DNA from: Eledone cirrhosa
Taxonomy: Eukaryota
Assembly: GCA_964016885.1 (NCBI GenBank)
Contig: OZ024743.1
Span: 79,608,001 to 79,672,000 of the forward strand
DNA: 64,000 nucleotides
Direction of reading: 5' to 3'
Shown: positions 1 to 11,538 of the stretch, in pieces
Numbering within the stretch: the first letter of the stretch is position 1
How the letters are laid out: every line of letters starts with the position of its first letter
Notes under the pieces: generated by a model
Seen by the model: the letters and a program-made list of their open reading frames with translations, nothing else
Database searches by the model: none
What the model was told of the DNA's origin: nothing
Program-made: the position numbers and the translations under genes

Positions 1-442
1 CAATGTATGATTTGAGGGAGATTTTGCTACTATTTTTAGGAGGTAAGATGACCATAGGTGGTATTCTTAATCTTAGGTGTTAGAAACAATCTGTTGTATG
101 GTTTAACATAAACTCCTATGGAACCTTTACAGAGGTCACTCTGTTGTTGTCATCCTGATAAGGTTTCTGTTTTTATATTACCTTCCGTTCTCCTATCCTT
201 CTATTCATAGGATCATCCTTCTCTGAAAAGTGCCCTAAACATTGCCCTTCCCTCTGTAAATTTACACTATTGCCAGCATCCAGGACATGCCTCTGGTTTC
301 AGAATAAAGTCATACTTCCCTTCGTCACCTCTCTCCCTCTAAGACCCTGAAAAGTTCCCTAAACATTGCCCTTCCCACACTAAAACAACAACAAATATAA
401 AACATAACAAAAGAATATATATCACTAAATATTTGTGTCTAC

Positions 443-611
443 TTTAGGCACAAGGCCAGCAATTACCCAGTTCATTACTGGTACTTTATTTTATCGACCC
501 CGTAAGGATGAAAGGCAAAGTCAACCTCGGCGGGATTTGAACTCAGATCGTAAAGGGACGTAACTATGCTGGAAAGCATGGCGTCCGACGCTCTACCGAT
601 ACTGCCAATCC
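443..611 (-). mobile_element. tRNA-derived SINE with Nin/Deu-like core
   Basis: Contains TTTATCGACCCCGTAAGGATGAAAGGCAAAGT...GGATTTGAACTC (reverse B-box). Near-identical copies at about 3810-3977 and 8771-8939, dispersed relatives at 23948-24110 and 54916-55100. Confidence 0.75.
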
Positions 612-669
612 TATATATTGTTACCTTATGACAGTATAAGTGATTATTATTGCCCCAGTCTTATAAGCA

Positions 670-742
670 GCCCGGCTAGCTCAGTCGGTAGAGCACGAGA
701 CTCTTAATCTCGGGGTCGTGGGTTCGAGCCCCACGTTGGGCG
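670..742 (+). tRNA. tRNA-Lys(CTT), intact
   Basis: 73 nt GCCCGGCTAGCTCAGTCGGTAGAGCACGAGACTCTTAATCTCGGGGTCGTGGGTTCGAGCCCCACGTTGGGCG, anticodon CTT, followed by an oligo-T Pol III terminator. Confidence 0.97.
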
Positions 743-943
743 TATGTCTTTTTATTAGTAATTTGTTTTCCCAGTAAATTAATTTCCCATTGGTTTCTTT
801 TAAGAGATAGTCACCTGTATTATTGTAGTTATTTTCATAACCCTGGCTGCTGTTCGGCAGAATCGTTAGAGCATCGGACAGAATGTTTTGTGGTATTATT
901 TATGGTTGTTACTGTTAGTGTTTAAGTTACCAATTCTATCAGG

Positions 944-1486
944 TCAGGTAGCTTGTTGCCATCCATAGTCATCAAACCTGACGTTGCATATCTCCTCAGT
1001 TGCTACACAGATACAAGAGGGAAGGTCAGTGAGGAGAGATACGTGGTTGTAGCAAGGAATGATAGGTAGTGTGTAGAGGAATTTCTACATGGTGAAGCAG
1101 TTCCTCAACAGGAAGAGGGCTGGGTGGACGTCACTTATGTCCAGTCTGTTCGTGAGGGTTGTGAGCTGTTGGAGCCAGAACATGATGGTGGAGTGGATGG
1201 CCGGCGAGCGGATCCGTGACCGGAGGATGAGGACATCCACTTTCGGGGTCACCTGCACCTGGAGGAGAATTACTAGCACATCCAAGACGGAGGCTGCAAA
1301 GCACACTCCGTCGTTATTGACATTCACCACCTCCGAGTTGGACCAGTTGACCTCGGATCCGATTCTCGCCAGAACAGGAACGACTGATCGCAGGTCGTGA
1401 CAGACAGTCTCCACGGACCCAAGTAACGTGGCATCATCCAGGTACCAAAAGTTCAAAGAGGCACTGATGTTCCGATCAATGTGGTC
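944..1486 (-). pseudogene. Non-LTR retrotransposon RT fragment, CRE-clade-like
   Basis: Translates to NFWYLDDATLLG...HPALFLLRNCF, then after a stop and frameshift ICNVRFDDYGWQQAT. The YLDD motif and downstream blocks resemble CRE-clade RT. Confidence 0.75.
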
Positions 1487-1528
1487 ATACCAGTACTATT
1501 GATTATTGTTGTTCATGTGTTGCCATCA

Positions 1529-1605
1529 GCCCGGCTAGCTCAGTCGGTAGAGCACGAACGACACTCTTAATCTCAGGGTCGTGGGTTCGAGCCCCTCGTT
1601 GGGCG
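1529..1605 (+). pseudogene. tRNA-Lys(CTT) variant with 4-nt insertion in the anticodon arm
   Basis: Matches the 670 copy but reads CACGAACGACACTCTT (ACGA duplication plus a substitution), 77 nt. Confidence 0.85.
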
Positions 1606-2629
1606 TATGTTTTATTTTAATGTTATTTTTTAAATTATCCTGTATGTAATTTAATTTATCTATTTTGGAAAACAACAATTTGAGAAAGAATTTGCTGCTA
1701 TTTTTAGGGGGAAAGATGACCGTAGATGTTATTGTTAACTTTCTGTATTAGATAGAATCCACTGTATGGTTTAACATCAAGTCCTACGGTACCTTTGCAA
1801 AGTTCACTCTGTTTCAATCCTCCGGGCCAGGTTTCTGTATTTAAATTACCTTCCATATCCCAGCCCTGCCATCAATCTCACATACTCCTAAATGTGTCAT
1901 GGGCAATGTCGTCCCCTCACTGACTAAACGAATAATATTTTCGTTGACTTATTACAAAGTCTGTAATTAATATTTTGCTATAAACAACAGTAGTCCAACA
2001 AACCAAACAATAGGTTCTTAATTTGAGGGGTAGTTGGCTTCTCTTTCTAGCCGGTACTACAGGGTGTATAGGTAATGTTAAGTATTAATATATCAGGCAG
2101 TATAACACCATCTCCTTACCTCTAGTTACCTTTAGAGGAATGACCTCTATTGCCAGCATCTAGGACATGTGTCAGCTTTCAGAATAAAGACATATTTCCC
2201 TTCCTCACCTCCGAGACCCTCAAATGTCCCCTAAATTTTGCCCTACCCTCACTAAATTTACACTAAAACAACAAATATATAATATAACAAAACAATATAT
2301 ATATTACACTATATATATTACATTATATATTACACTATATATATTATATAATGTAGAAAGTGATATAAGGCTTAAACAATGCAAAATGTACGATAAGATG
2401 GAGGTAAGGAAACATTTAGTTACCTGGTAATGATCGTCTGCTATATTACCAGGTAACTAAAGGTTTCGTTACCTTCATCCTACCCTCCACTTTACATTGT
2501 TTAACCTTATATCACTTTCTACATTATATATTATATACAATACTTCAACCAAACAACATCTTATTATCACTAAAATATTGTTACCCTATGACAGTATTAG
2601 TGATTATTATTGTCCCAGAGTTACCAGCA

Positions 2630-2702
2630 TCCCGGCTAGCTCAGTCGGTAGAGCACGAGACTCTTAATCTCGGGGTCGTGGGTTCGAGCCCCACGTTGGG
2701 CG
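2630..2702 (+). tRNA. tRNA-Lys(CTT), G1>T variant
   Basis: Identical to the 670 copy except for the first base, with a T7 terminator downstream. Confidence 0.9.
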
Positions 2703-2793
2703 GATGTCATCTTTTTTTAAAGTAATTTATGTTCCTAGTAAATTAATTTCCCCATAGGTTTATATTGAGAGTCACTCCCCGGTATCGTTGTTA

Positions 2794-3019
2794 TTTATCG
2801 ACCCCGTAAGGATGAAAGTCAAAGTTAACTTCGGTGGGATTTGAACACAGAATGGCAAGGGCCGTAACTCTATGCGTCAAAGCATGGCGTCCGACCCTCT
2901 GGTAGTATTGGTAGAGGCTCGAACACCATGCTTTGACGCATAGGGTTACGGCCCTTGCCATTCTCAGTACAAATCCCACCGAAGTTAACTTTGCCTTTCA
3001 TCCTTACGGGGTCGATAAA
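2794..3019. repeat. Head-to-head SINE pair forming a ~225-bp imperfect palindrome
   Basis: TTTATCGACCCCGTAAGGATG...CATCCTTACGGGGTCGATAAA, arms about 105 bp. Second copy at 7757-7982. Confidence 0.9.
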
Positions 3020-4035
3020 ATAAAGTACCAGTAATTCACTGGGTCACTGCTGGCCTTGTGCCAAAAAGTAGAAACAATTATTATCTTAGCCCCAGAAGGG
3101 CGTTAGGTTGGCAGAATCGGCAGAGCGTCGGACAGAACTGTTTGTGGTATTTATTTACGATAGGTTCTGTTACAGTTTCTGTTAAAATCCTACTTTTGTT
3201 AATTGTTCCTTTTATAATTCCGAGAATGATAAAATACCAATCAACAAATGAAATCGATATAATTTATTTTTTCACTCTGTATTATGATCACAGTCGTTCC
3301 AATCACGACCATTGAGGTAGTTTATCTTGGGTCAAATATCCTTATTTATCTATTTTTGACAACAACAAATCTATGATTTGAGGGAGATTTGGCTACTATT
3401 TTTAGGAGGTAAGATGTCCATAGGTGGTATTCTTAATCTTAGGTGTTAGAAACAATCTGTTGTATGGTTTAACATAAACTCCTATGGAACCTTTACAGAG
3501 GTCACTCTGTTGTTGGCATCCTGATAAGATATCTGTTTTTAAATTACCTTCCGTTCTCCTATGCTTCTATTCATAGGATCATCCTTCTCTGAAAAGTCCC
3601 CTAAACATTGCCCTTCCCTCTGTAAATTTACACTATTGCCAGCATCCAGGACATGCCTCTGGTTTCAGAATAAAGTCATACTTCCCTTCGTCACCTCTCT
3701 CCCTCTAAGACCCTGAAAAGTTCCCGAAACATTGCCCTTCCCTCACTAAAACAACAACAAATATAAAACATAACAAAAGAATATATAACACTAAATATTT
3801 GTGTCTACTTTAGGCACAAGGCCAGCAATTACTCAGTTCATTACTGGTACTTTATTTTATCGACCTCGTAAGGATGAAAGGCAAAGTCAACCTCGGCGGG
3901 ATTTGAACTCAGATCGTAAAGGGACGTAACTATGCAGGAAAGCATGGCGTCCGACCCTCTACCGATACTGCCAATCCTAAATATTGTTACCTTATGACAG
4001 TATTAGTGATTATTATTGTCACAGTGTTATCAGCA

Positions 4036-4108
4036 GTCCGGCTAGCTCAGTCGGTAGAGCACAAGACTCTTAATCTCGGGGTCGTGGTTTCGAGCCCCAC
4101 GTTGGGCG
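4036..4108 (+). tRNA. tRNA-Lys(CTT) variant (3 substitutions), separated from its terminator by an LTR insertion
   Basis: GTCCGGCTAG...CACAAGACTCTTAATC...GTGGTTTCGAGCCCCACGTTGGGCG. The normal 3' flank resumes at 6809. Confidence 0.8.
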
Positions 4109-4109
4109 T

Positions 4110-6803
4110 TTAGCATTTATTAGTTGTTGATGTTATCGCCACTTTAGCAGGGTGGTAGAATCAGTGGTCGTTAGTTGCCAGTGTGGTAAGTGATAGTATC
4201 CTCGTTGGATTATCTTGTTGACATAGACGTGAGGGAAGGTCCCTCGATCTATTTACCATCTATTCACAATATTCCTTTCGTCAGGTCGCCAATTCCAGCA
4301 GCATGGATTAAAGATGTTATTGAGACACGAGTAACATAACAACGACTTCAACCGCAGTAATTAGAGATGAAATGTTTGTTTATTTATATGGTTGAAGTTA
4401 CAGATACAAAGAGGTTACAAAATGGAATGTGCCATTGCGCCGTTAAGTCGGCGAGGCTAGGGGTGCAATATCTCACTGTTACATTATGCGTGTTGCTGGC
4501 TTGAAGTTTCCGGTACAAGAGAGAGATTCTTCAAATCTTCGCGGGGAATTTCTTCCTCAGGGCGCGTAGGGATACATCCTCTTCTACTGGCACTGATTGG
4601 CTGAACTGAGCCAAATCACGCACAGAGAATGTATGTGAGCCCGCGGAATGTAGGTCACTACATCACCTCTAACCAGATTTTCAGCCGAAAATCGATAACG
4701 AAGAAACCAAGGATCCACATATTATTAAATCAGCAAGAACAAATGCTGAAAGAGCACATCAGTGAAAAAATAATTGAGCAGAAGGTTGCATGCAAGAACA
4801 AAAAATGAGGCGCTACGGGCTGTGTTGAGCCGCTGTGTCAAATGACCAGTTGTTTTGTTGTTTATACGTGACCGCCAAAGGTCTAACAAAAAACGGATAA
4901 AGTCTGACATGGGCGAGGTTGCTGTTCTTGCATTAAATGTTAATGGTAAGCGTTGTACCAGTAGCTGTGAACGAAGCTATTGTGGTAGTTTACCAGTGCT
5001 GGCGAGAAAATGATGGCCCCCAGATGTATTGTCGAATGTGCTGTGGAGCCAGGAAAAAATGGCTGGTTGCTTTGTAAAGAACAAAAGGCAAGTTTAATCT
5101 GTAGGTGGGTTGCAGTGTAAATTCCATAATTCGGGCGAATCCACAGAAGTGGCCGAAATGCTAACAAGTCCAGTTCAATTTGTTGCTTTCCCAGCGAGTC
5201 GGGCAAAAACAACAAGACGGATGGCCGTCATGGACGATCAGTGTGCAACGAGATGCGAAGCTGTTCGAGTTCAGCTGCAATGTATTCTCGTGTTGCGGTG
5301 CCTGTTTGAATCCAGCGGATTAAGCTCTGTGAGCTGCTAGCATGTGACAGCATCTCAACCAGGTGAAAAGGGACTCGCAGAATATTACGTTTGAAGAACA
5401 TATACCAAGAACAACATGTTGGTGTGTGATAAAAAGAATGTGTGCATATGCAGGCATGTAAAACAGCAAAGAATGTGAATGAACAAAAACCATGAGCAAG
5501 CAAATAGCAAAAGAGCACAAAACAAGTAAATGCATTCTACAAAGAAATATGTGAATGTAACAAACTGATAATTCAAAGTCAATCTAGGGGAGCAGAGAAA
5601 TTGCTCAATAAGTTCAAAGTTTTTCAAAGTCAAATAGTTCACACATCACCAGTGTACAGACACTAGTTCTATCTGAAAACTGAAAAAGAAGTTTGTTAAT
5701 GCCGTTAGGAGTTAGATGTATGGTGTTTTTGTGAGATTTCGTGGCCATTTTCCCGTCCCGCCACACAGTTGTGTTGCTTATTGTTAAAGCAAAGTCAAAG
5801 AATCTTCTGTAGAGTAGGAGTCACCAAATATGGCAGTCACGTCTGACGCCATAATGGTGAGAAAACTACTGTCTCAATTTCTCGCGTCCCTGTGGTAACG
5901 AGACAGAAGGTATGGTGGTTGCGTCGGTAAAGTTACAAGCCGTTTTTAAATTTCCGATGTGTGGTGGTTGGCGTTGGTAAGGTTATGAAGCTGCCACTCA
6001 CTGTTCCCTGTATTGGTCAGTGGTTAAACAACGCTGTCGCTGCTGCTGTCATTGTTGTTGTCAAGCGTAGACATGACATGTCGGTAGCCATCTTGAAATT
6101 TTTTCGTGGCGAAAAAGTTTTTGAAATACTGCTAATTTTTCAAAAATCTTAAAAGGAATATTCTGGATTTTCGCAAGTTGCGACGTGGCAATAAAAGTTA
6201 AACTGAATGAATAAGAAGGGCTGCGTGATATTCTTACCTCGGTCACCACTTTAGCAGTTATTAGTTGTTGATGTTATCGCCACTTTAGCAGGGTGGTAGA
6301 ATCAGTGGTCGTTAGTTGCCAGTGTGGTAAGTGATAGTATCCTCGTTGGATTATCTTGTTGACATAGACGTGAGGGAAGGTCCCTCGATCTATTTACCAT
6401 CTATTCACAATATTCCTTTCGTCAGGTCGCCAATTCCAGCAGCATGGATTAAAGATGTTATTGAGACACGAGTAACATAACAACGACTTCAACCGCAGTA
6501 ATTAGAGATGAAATGTTTGTTTATTTATATGGTTGAAGTTACAGATACAAAGAGGTTACAAAATGGAATGTGCCATTGCGCCGTTAAGTCGGCTAGGCTA
6601 GGGGTGCAATATCTCACTGTTACATTATGCGTGTTGATGGCTTGAAGTTTCCGGTACAAGAGAGAGATTCTTCAAATCTTCGCGGGGAATTTCTTCCTCA
6701 GGGCGCGTAGGGATACATCCTCTTCTACTGGCGCTGATTGGCTGAACTGAGCCAAATCACGCACAGAGAATGTATGTGAGCCCGCGGAATGTAGGTCACT
6801 ACA
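4110..6803 (-). mobile_element. Non-autonomous LTR retrotransposon (553-bp LTRs, ~1.6-kb non-coding interior)
   Basis: Direct repeats 4110-4662 and 6251-6803 with few differences, 5-bp TSD GGCGT (4105-4109 / 6804-6808). On the minus strand: LTR starts TGTAGT, PBS-like TGGTGACC at 6248-6241, purine-rich GGTTAGAGGTGA before the 3' LTR. Confidence 0.9.
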
Positions 6804-7008
6804 GGCGTATGTCTTTTTATTAGTAATTTGTTTTCCTAGTAAATTAATTTCCCATTGGTTTCTTTTAAGAGATAGTCACCTGTATTATTGTTGTTATTTT
6901 TATAACCCTGGCTGGTGTTTGGCAGAATCGTTAGAGCATCGGACAGAATGTTTTGTTGTATTATTTACGGTTGTTACTGTTAGTGTTTAAGTTACCAATT
7001 CTATCAGG

Positions 7009-7551
7009 TCAGGTAGCTTGTTGCCATCCAAAGTCATCAAACCTGACGTTGCATATCTCCTCAGCTGCTACACGGATACAAGAGTGAAGGTCAGTGAGGA
7101 GAGATACGTGGTTGTAGCAAGGAACGATAGGTAGTGTGTAGAGGAGTTTCTACATGGTGAAGCAGTTCCTCAACAGGAAGAGGGCTGGGTGGACGTCACT
7201 TATGTCCAGTCTGTTCGTGAGGCTTGTGAGCTGAGTGAGCCAGAACATGATCGTGGAGTGGATGGCCGGCAAGCAGATCCGTGACCGGAGGATGAGGACA
7301 TCCTCTTTCGGGGTCACCTGCACCTGGAGGAGAATTACTCGCACATCCAAGACGGAGGCTGCAAAGCACACTCCGTCGTTATTGACATTCACCACCTCCG
7401 AGTTGGACCAGTTGACATCGGATCCGATTCTCGCCAGAACAGGAACGACTGATCGCAAGTCGTGTCAGACAGTCTCCACGGACCCAAGTAACGTGGCATC
7501 ATCCAGGTACCAAAAGTTCAAAGAGGCATTGATGTTCCGAGCAATGTGGTC
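7009..7551 (-). pseudogene. CRE-like RT fragment, copy 2
   Basis: Near-identical to 944-1486. Confidence 0.75.
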
Positions 7552-7593
7552 ATACCAGTACTATTGATTATTGTTGTTCATGTGTTGCCATCA

Positions 7594-7665
7594 ACCCGTT
7601 TGGTCAGTCATAAGAGTACGACACTGTTAATATCGGAGTCGTGGGTTCGAGCCCCACGTTGGGCG
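7594..7665 (+). pseudogene. Degenerate tRNA-Lys pseudogene
   Basis: The 3' half GTCGTGGGTTCGAGCCCCACGTTGGGCG is intact, the 5' half is heavily mutated and the anticodon reads GTT. Confidence 0.8.
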
Positions 7666-7756
7666 GATGTCATCTTATTTTAAAATAATTTATGTTCCTA
7701 GTAAATAAATTTCCCCATAGGTTTATATTGAGAGTCACTTCCCGGTATTGTTGTTA

Positions 7757-7982
7757 TTTATCGACCCCGTAAGGATGAAAGGCAAAGTTAACTTCGGCTG
7801 GATTTGAACACAGAATGGCAAGGGCCGTAACTCTATGCGTCAAAGCATGGCGTCCGGCCCTCTGGTAGTATTGGTAGAGGCTCGGATGCCATGCTTTGAC
7901 GCATAGGGTTACGGCCCTTGCCATTCTGAGTACAAATCCCACCGAAGTCAAATTTGCCTTTCATCCTTACGGGGTCGATAAA
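7757..7982. repeat. Head-to-head SINE palindrome, copy 2
   Basis: Paralogous to 2794-3019. Confidence 0.9.
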
Positions 7983-8997
7983 ATAAAGTACCAGTAATTC
8001 ACTGGTTCATTGCTGGCCTTGTGCCAAAAAGTAGAAACAATTATTATCCTAGCCCCAGAAGGGCGTCAGGTTGGCAGAATCGGCAGAGCGTCGGACAGAA
8101 CTGTTTGTGGTATTTATTTACGATAGGTTCTGTTACAGTTTCTGTTAAAATCCTACTTCTGTTAATTGTTCCTTTTATAATTCCGAGAATGATAAAATAC
8201 CAATCAACAAATGAAATCGATATAATTGATTTTCTCACTCTGTATTATGATCACAGTCGTTCCAATCACGACCATTGAGGCAGTTTATCTTGGGTCAAAT
8301 ATCCTTATTTATCTATTTTTGACAACAACAATGTATGATTTGAGGGAGATTTTGCTACTATTTTTAGGAGGTAAGATGACCATAGGTGGTACTCTTAATC
8401 TTAGGTGTTAGAAACAATCTGTTGTATGGTTTAATATAAACTCCTATGGAACCTTTACAGAGGTCACTCTGTTGTTGGCATCCTGATAAGGTATCTGTTT
8501 TTAAATTACCTTCCGTACTCCTATCCTTCTATTCATAGGATCATCCTTCTCTGAAAAGTCCCCTAAACATTGCCCTTCCCTCTGTAAATTTACACTATTG
8601 CCAGCATCCAGGACATGCCTCTGGTTTCAGAATAAAGTCATACTTCCCTTCGTCACCTCTCTCCCTCTAAGACCCTGAAAAGTTCCCTAAACATTGCCCT
8701 TCCCTCACTAAAATAACAACAAATATAAAACATAACAAAAGAATATATATCACTAAATATTTGTGTCTACTTTAGGCACAAGGCCAGCAATTACCCAGTG
8801 AATTACTGGTACTTTATTTTATCGACCCCGTAAGGATGAAAGGCAAAGTCAACCTCGGCGGGATTTGAACTCAGATCGTAAAGGGACGTAACTATGCTAG
8901 AAAGCATGGCGTCCGACACTCTACCGATACTGCCAATCCTATATATTGTTACCTTATGACAGTATGAGTGATTATTATTGTCACAGTGTTATCAGCA

Positions 8998-9070
8998 GCC
9001 CGGCTAGCTCAGTCGGTAGAGCACGAGACTCTTATTCTCGGGGTCGTGGGTTCGAGCCCCACGTTGGACG
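8998..9070 (+). tRNA. tRNA-Lys(CTT) variant
   Basis: 73 nt, CTT anticodon, substitutions in the anticodon loop (CTCTTATT) and acceptor stem (TTGGACG), with a T6 terminator. Confidence 0.85.
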
Positions 9071-9271
9071 TATGTCTTTTTATTAGTAATTTGTTTTTCT
9101 AGTAAATTAATTTCCCATTGGTTTCTTTTAAGAGATAGTCACCTGTATTATTGTTGTTATTTTCATAACCCTGGCTGGTGTTCGGCAGAATCGTTAGAGC
9201 ATCGGACAGCATGTTTTGTGGTATTATGTACGGTTGTTACTGTTAGTGTTTAAATTACCAATTCTATCAGG

Positions 9272-9814
9272 TCAGGTAGCTTGTTGCCATCCAAAGTCAT
9301 CAAACCTGACGTTGCATATCTCCTCAGCTGCTACACGGATACAAGAGTGAAGGTCAGTGAGGAGAGATACGTGGTTGTAGCAAGGAACGATAGGTCGTGT
9401 GTAGAGGAGTTTCTACATGGTGAAGCAGTTCCTCAACAGGAAGAGGGCTGGGTGGACGTCACTTATGTCCAGTCTGTTCGTGAGGGTTGTGAGCTGTTGG
9501 AGCCAGAACATGATGGTGGAGTGGATGGCCGGCGAGCGGATCCGTGACCGGAGGATGAGGACATCCTCTTTCGGGGTCACCTGCACCTGGAGGAGAATGA
9601 CTCGCACATCCAAGACGGAGGCTGCAAAGCAAACTCCGTCGTTATTGACATTCACCACCTCCGAGTTGGACCAGTTGACCTCGGATCTGATTCTCGCCAG
9701 AACAGGAACGACTGATCGCAGGTCGTGACAGACAGTCTCCATGGGCCCAAGTAACGTGGCATCATCCAGGTACCAAAAGTTCAAAGAGGCATTGATGTTC
9801 CGAGTTATGTGGTC
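9272..9814 (-). pseudogene. CRE-like RT fragment, copy 3
   Basis: ORF 9413-9784 NFWYLDDATLLG..., near-identical to copy 1. Confidence 0.75.
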
Positions 9815-9856
9815 ATACCAGTACTATTGATTATTGTTGTTCATGTGTTGCCATCA

Positions 9857-9929
9857 GCCCGGCTAGCTCAGTCGGTAGAGCACGAGACTCTTAATCTCGG
9901 GGTCGTGGGTTCGGGCCCCCCGTTGGGCG
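9857..9929 (+). tRNA. tRNA-Lys(CTT) variant (T-loop TTCGGG)
   Basis: 73 nt, CTT anticodon, B-box A>G change, oligo-T terminator. Confidence 0.85.
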
Positions 9930-10269
9930 TATGTTTTTTTATTTTTTATTTTAATAATTTATTTTCCTAATGAATTAATTTCGCCATTTGTTTATTTCAA
10001 GCTTTGTTTTTGTTATATCGTAATAATGGCTGGAATCGGAATAATCGTTAGAGGATCAGACCGAATGTTTTCTGTTATTTACGGTTGTTTCAGTTAGGGT
10101 TTGTGTTAAAATCCTGCTGTTGTCAATTTTACCTTTCATCTTTCTGCGAACGAAGAAATAAAGTACCAGTCATGTAATGAAACCTAAAACAACTAACCAA
10201 TATATAACACTCTATATATTGTTGCCTTATGACAGTAATATGGGTTATTTATATTCAGAGTTTATTAGT

Positions 10270-10345
10270 AACGCAGTCAGTTCTGTAGGGCACGAGACTG
10301 TTAATCTCGGGGTCGTGGCTGATATAAAAATGAACGTTGAGTGTC
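10270..10345 (+). pseudogene. Highly degenerate tRNA-Lys relic at the array edge
   Basis: GCACGAGACTGTTAATCTCGGGGTCGTGG is retained, and the upstream flank (CCTTATGACAGTA) matches the other copies. Confidence 0.65.
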
Positions 10346-10884
10346 CTTTTGTTTTTAATCTATTTTAATCTATTAGTAATAAGTTTATTTTTAGTAACAT
10401 TCTTCTATACTATTGTTTCTATTGCCTGACCATCTTCCTTGATTAGATATCCCCATTGTCACCAGCCCCGTTAGGGTATCCCTCTGCAAAGAATTCTAAC
10501 AGCTATATAGAGAGTCAACTATTAAATTATTGAAGATTATTTTATTCACAGTTTTATAAATAACATTACAAATTGTACACAATTATTTCTCAGTGAAAAT
10601 ATAAACACAAATATAAACACACATAATCAATACAATAAAACACATATAATCAATACAATAAACTATTGCTAGGAACCTCACCAATATAACACCCCAATAT
10701 ATGTGACCAGAGAGAGAGAGAAAAGGAAAGGAAAGAAAAAGGGAAACAAACAAAAGAAAAGTCCCATCAATTCACGACTATATCTGATAGTGCAAATAGT
10801 TGGAATCAGTGGTTGTACATTCTGCTAAATCTATCTAGAGTAAAGTCACTGATCTGCTACCAGGCTTCCTACTGTGTGTTGACA

Positions 10885-10915
<31 letters not shown>

Positions 10916-11538
10916 GTTTTAATATAGTTTTAATGTTATACTCTGCTATGTATTGAGTACCTTACTTACTGTGGTTACCTTCGATTCAACCCGGAATAAC
11001 GTATATATATATATATATATATATATATGAGTATATATAGGTATGTATATACATAAAAATCTCACTCAGTCAAAACGACCAACGTTCAACGAACCTCAAC
11101 ATCTACAACAACAACAACAGCACCGGAACACCAACAGTGTGACAATCGGCCACATATCACAAGGATCAACAGAAAATATTTTGAGGCAAGCCAATACACG
11201 TGACCAGCCAAGTACATGGATGTTATACAACCATCTTGCTCGGAGTCTACCACTGGGTCTCCTGCCGGTTGGGTTTGCTCATGTAAGGGTTGGCACTCTT
11301 AAAACAACCCCAATCAAGCAAGCAATGAAATAAAGGAACATGGGTGTGTTAGGTGACGGAGTTGAATATTCTAATAGGTAGAGCAACTATGGGTTATACC
11401 GTGTGTGGTTGACTTAATATATTGACTGGTTCAATGGCAGCACTTGAACCTTCAGTCCCTTTAACAGAGTTGACTCTTTTGCAAAGGTTCAAGTCAGATC
11501 TCTTGTTTGAAGATGTTTTCGCCCCAATCTCCCTCCAT

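Noticed and set aside
4663-6250. gag/pol within the LTR element
   Set aside because: Only short ORFs, with no CCHC, protease, RT or integrase motif recognisable.
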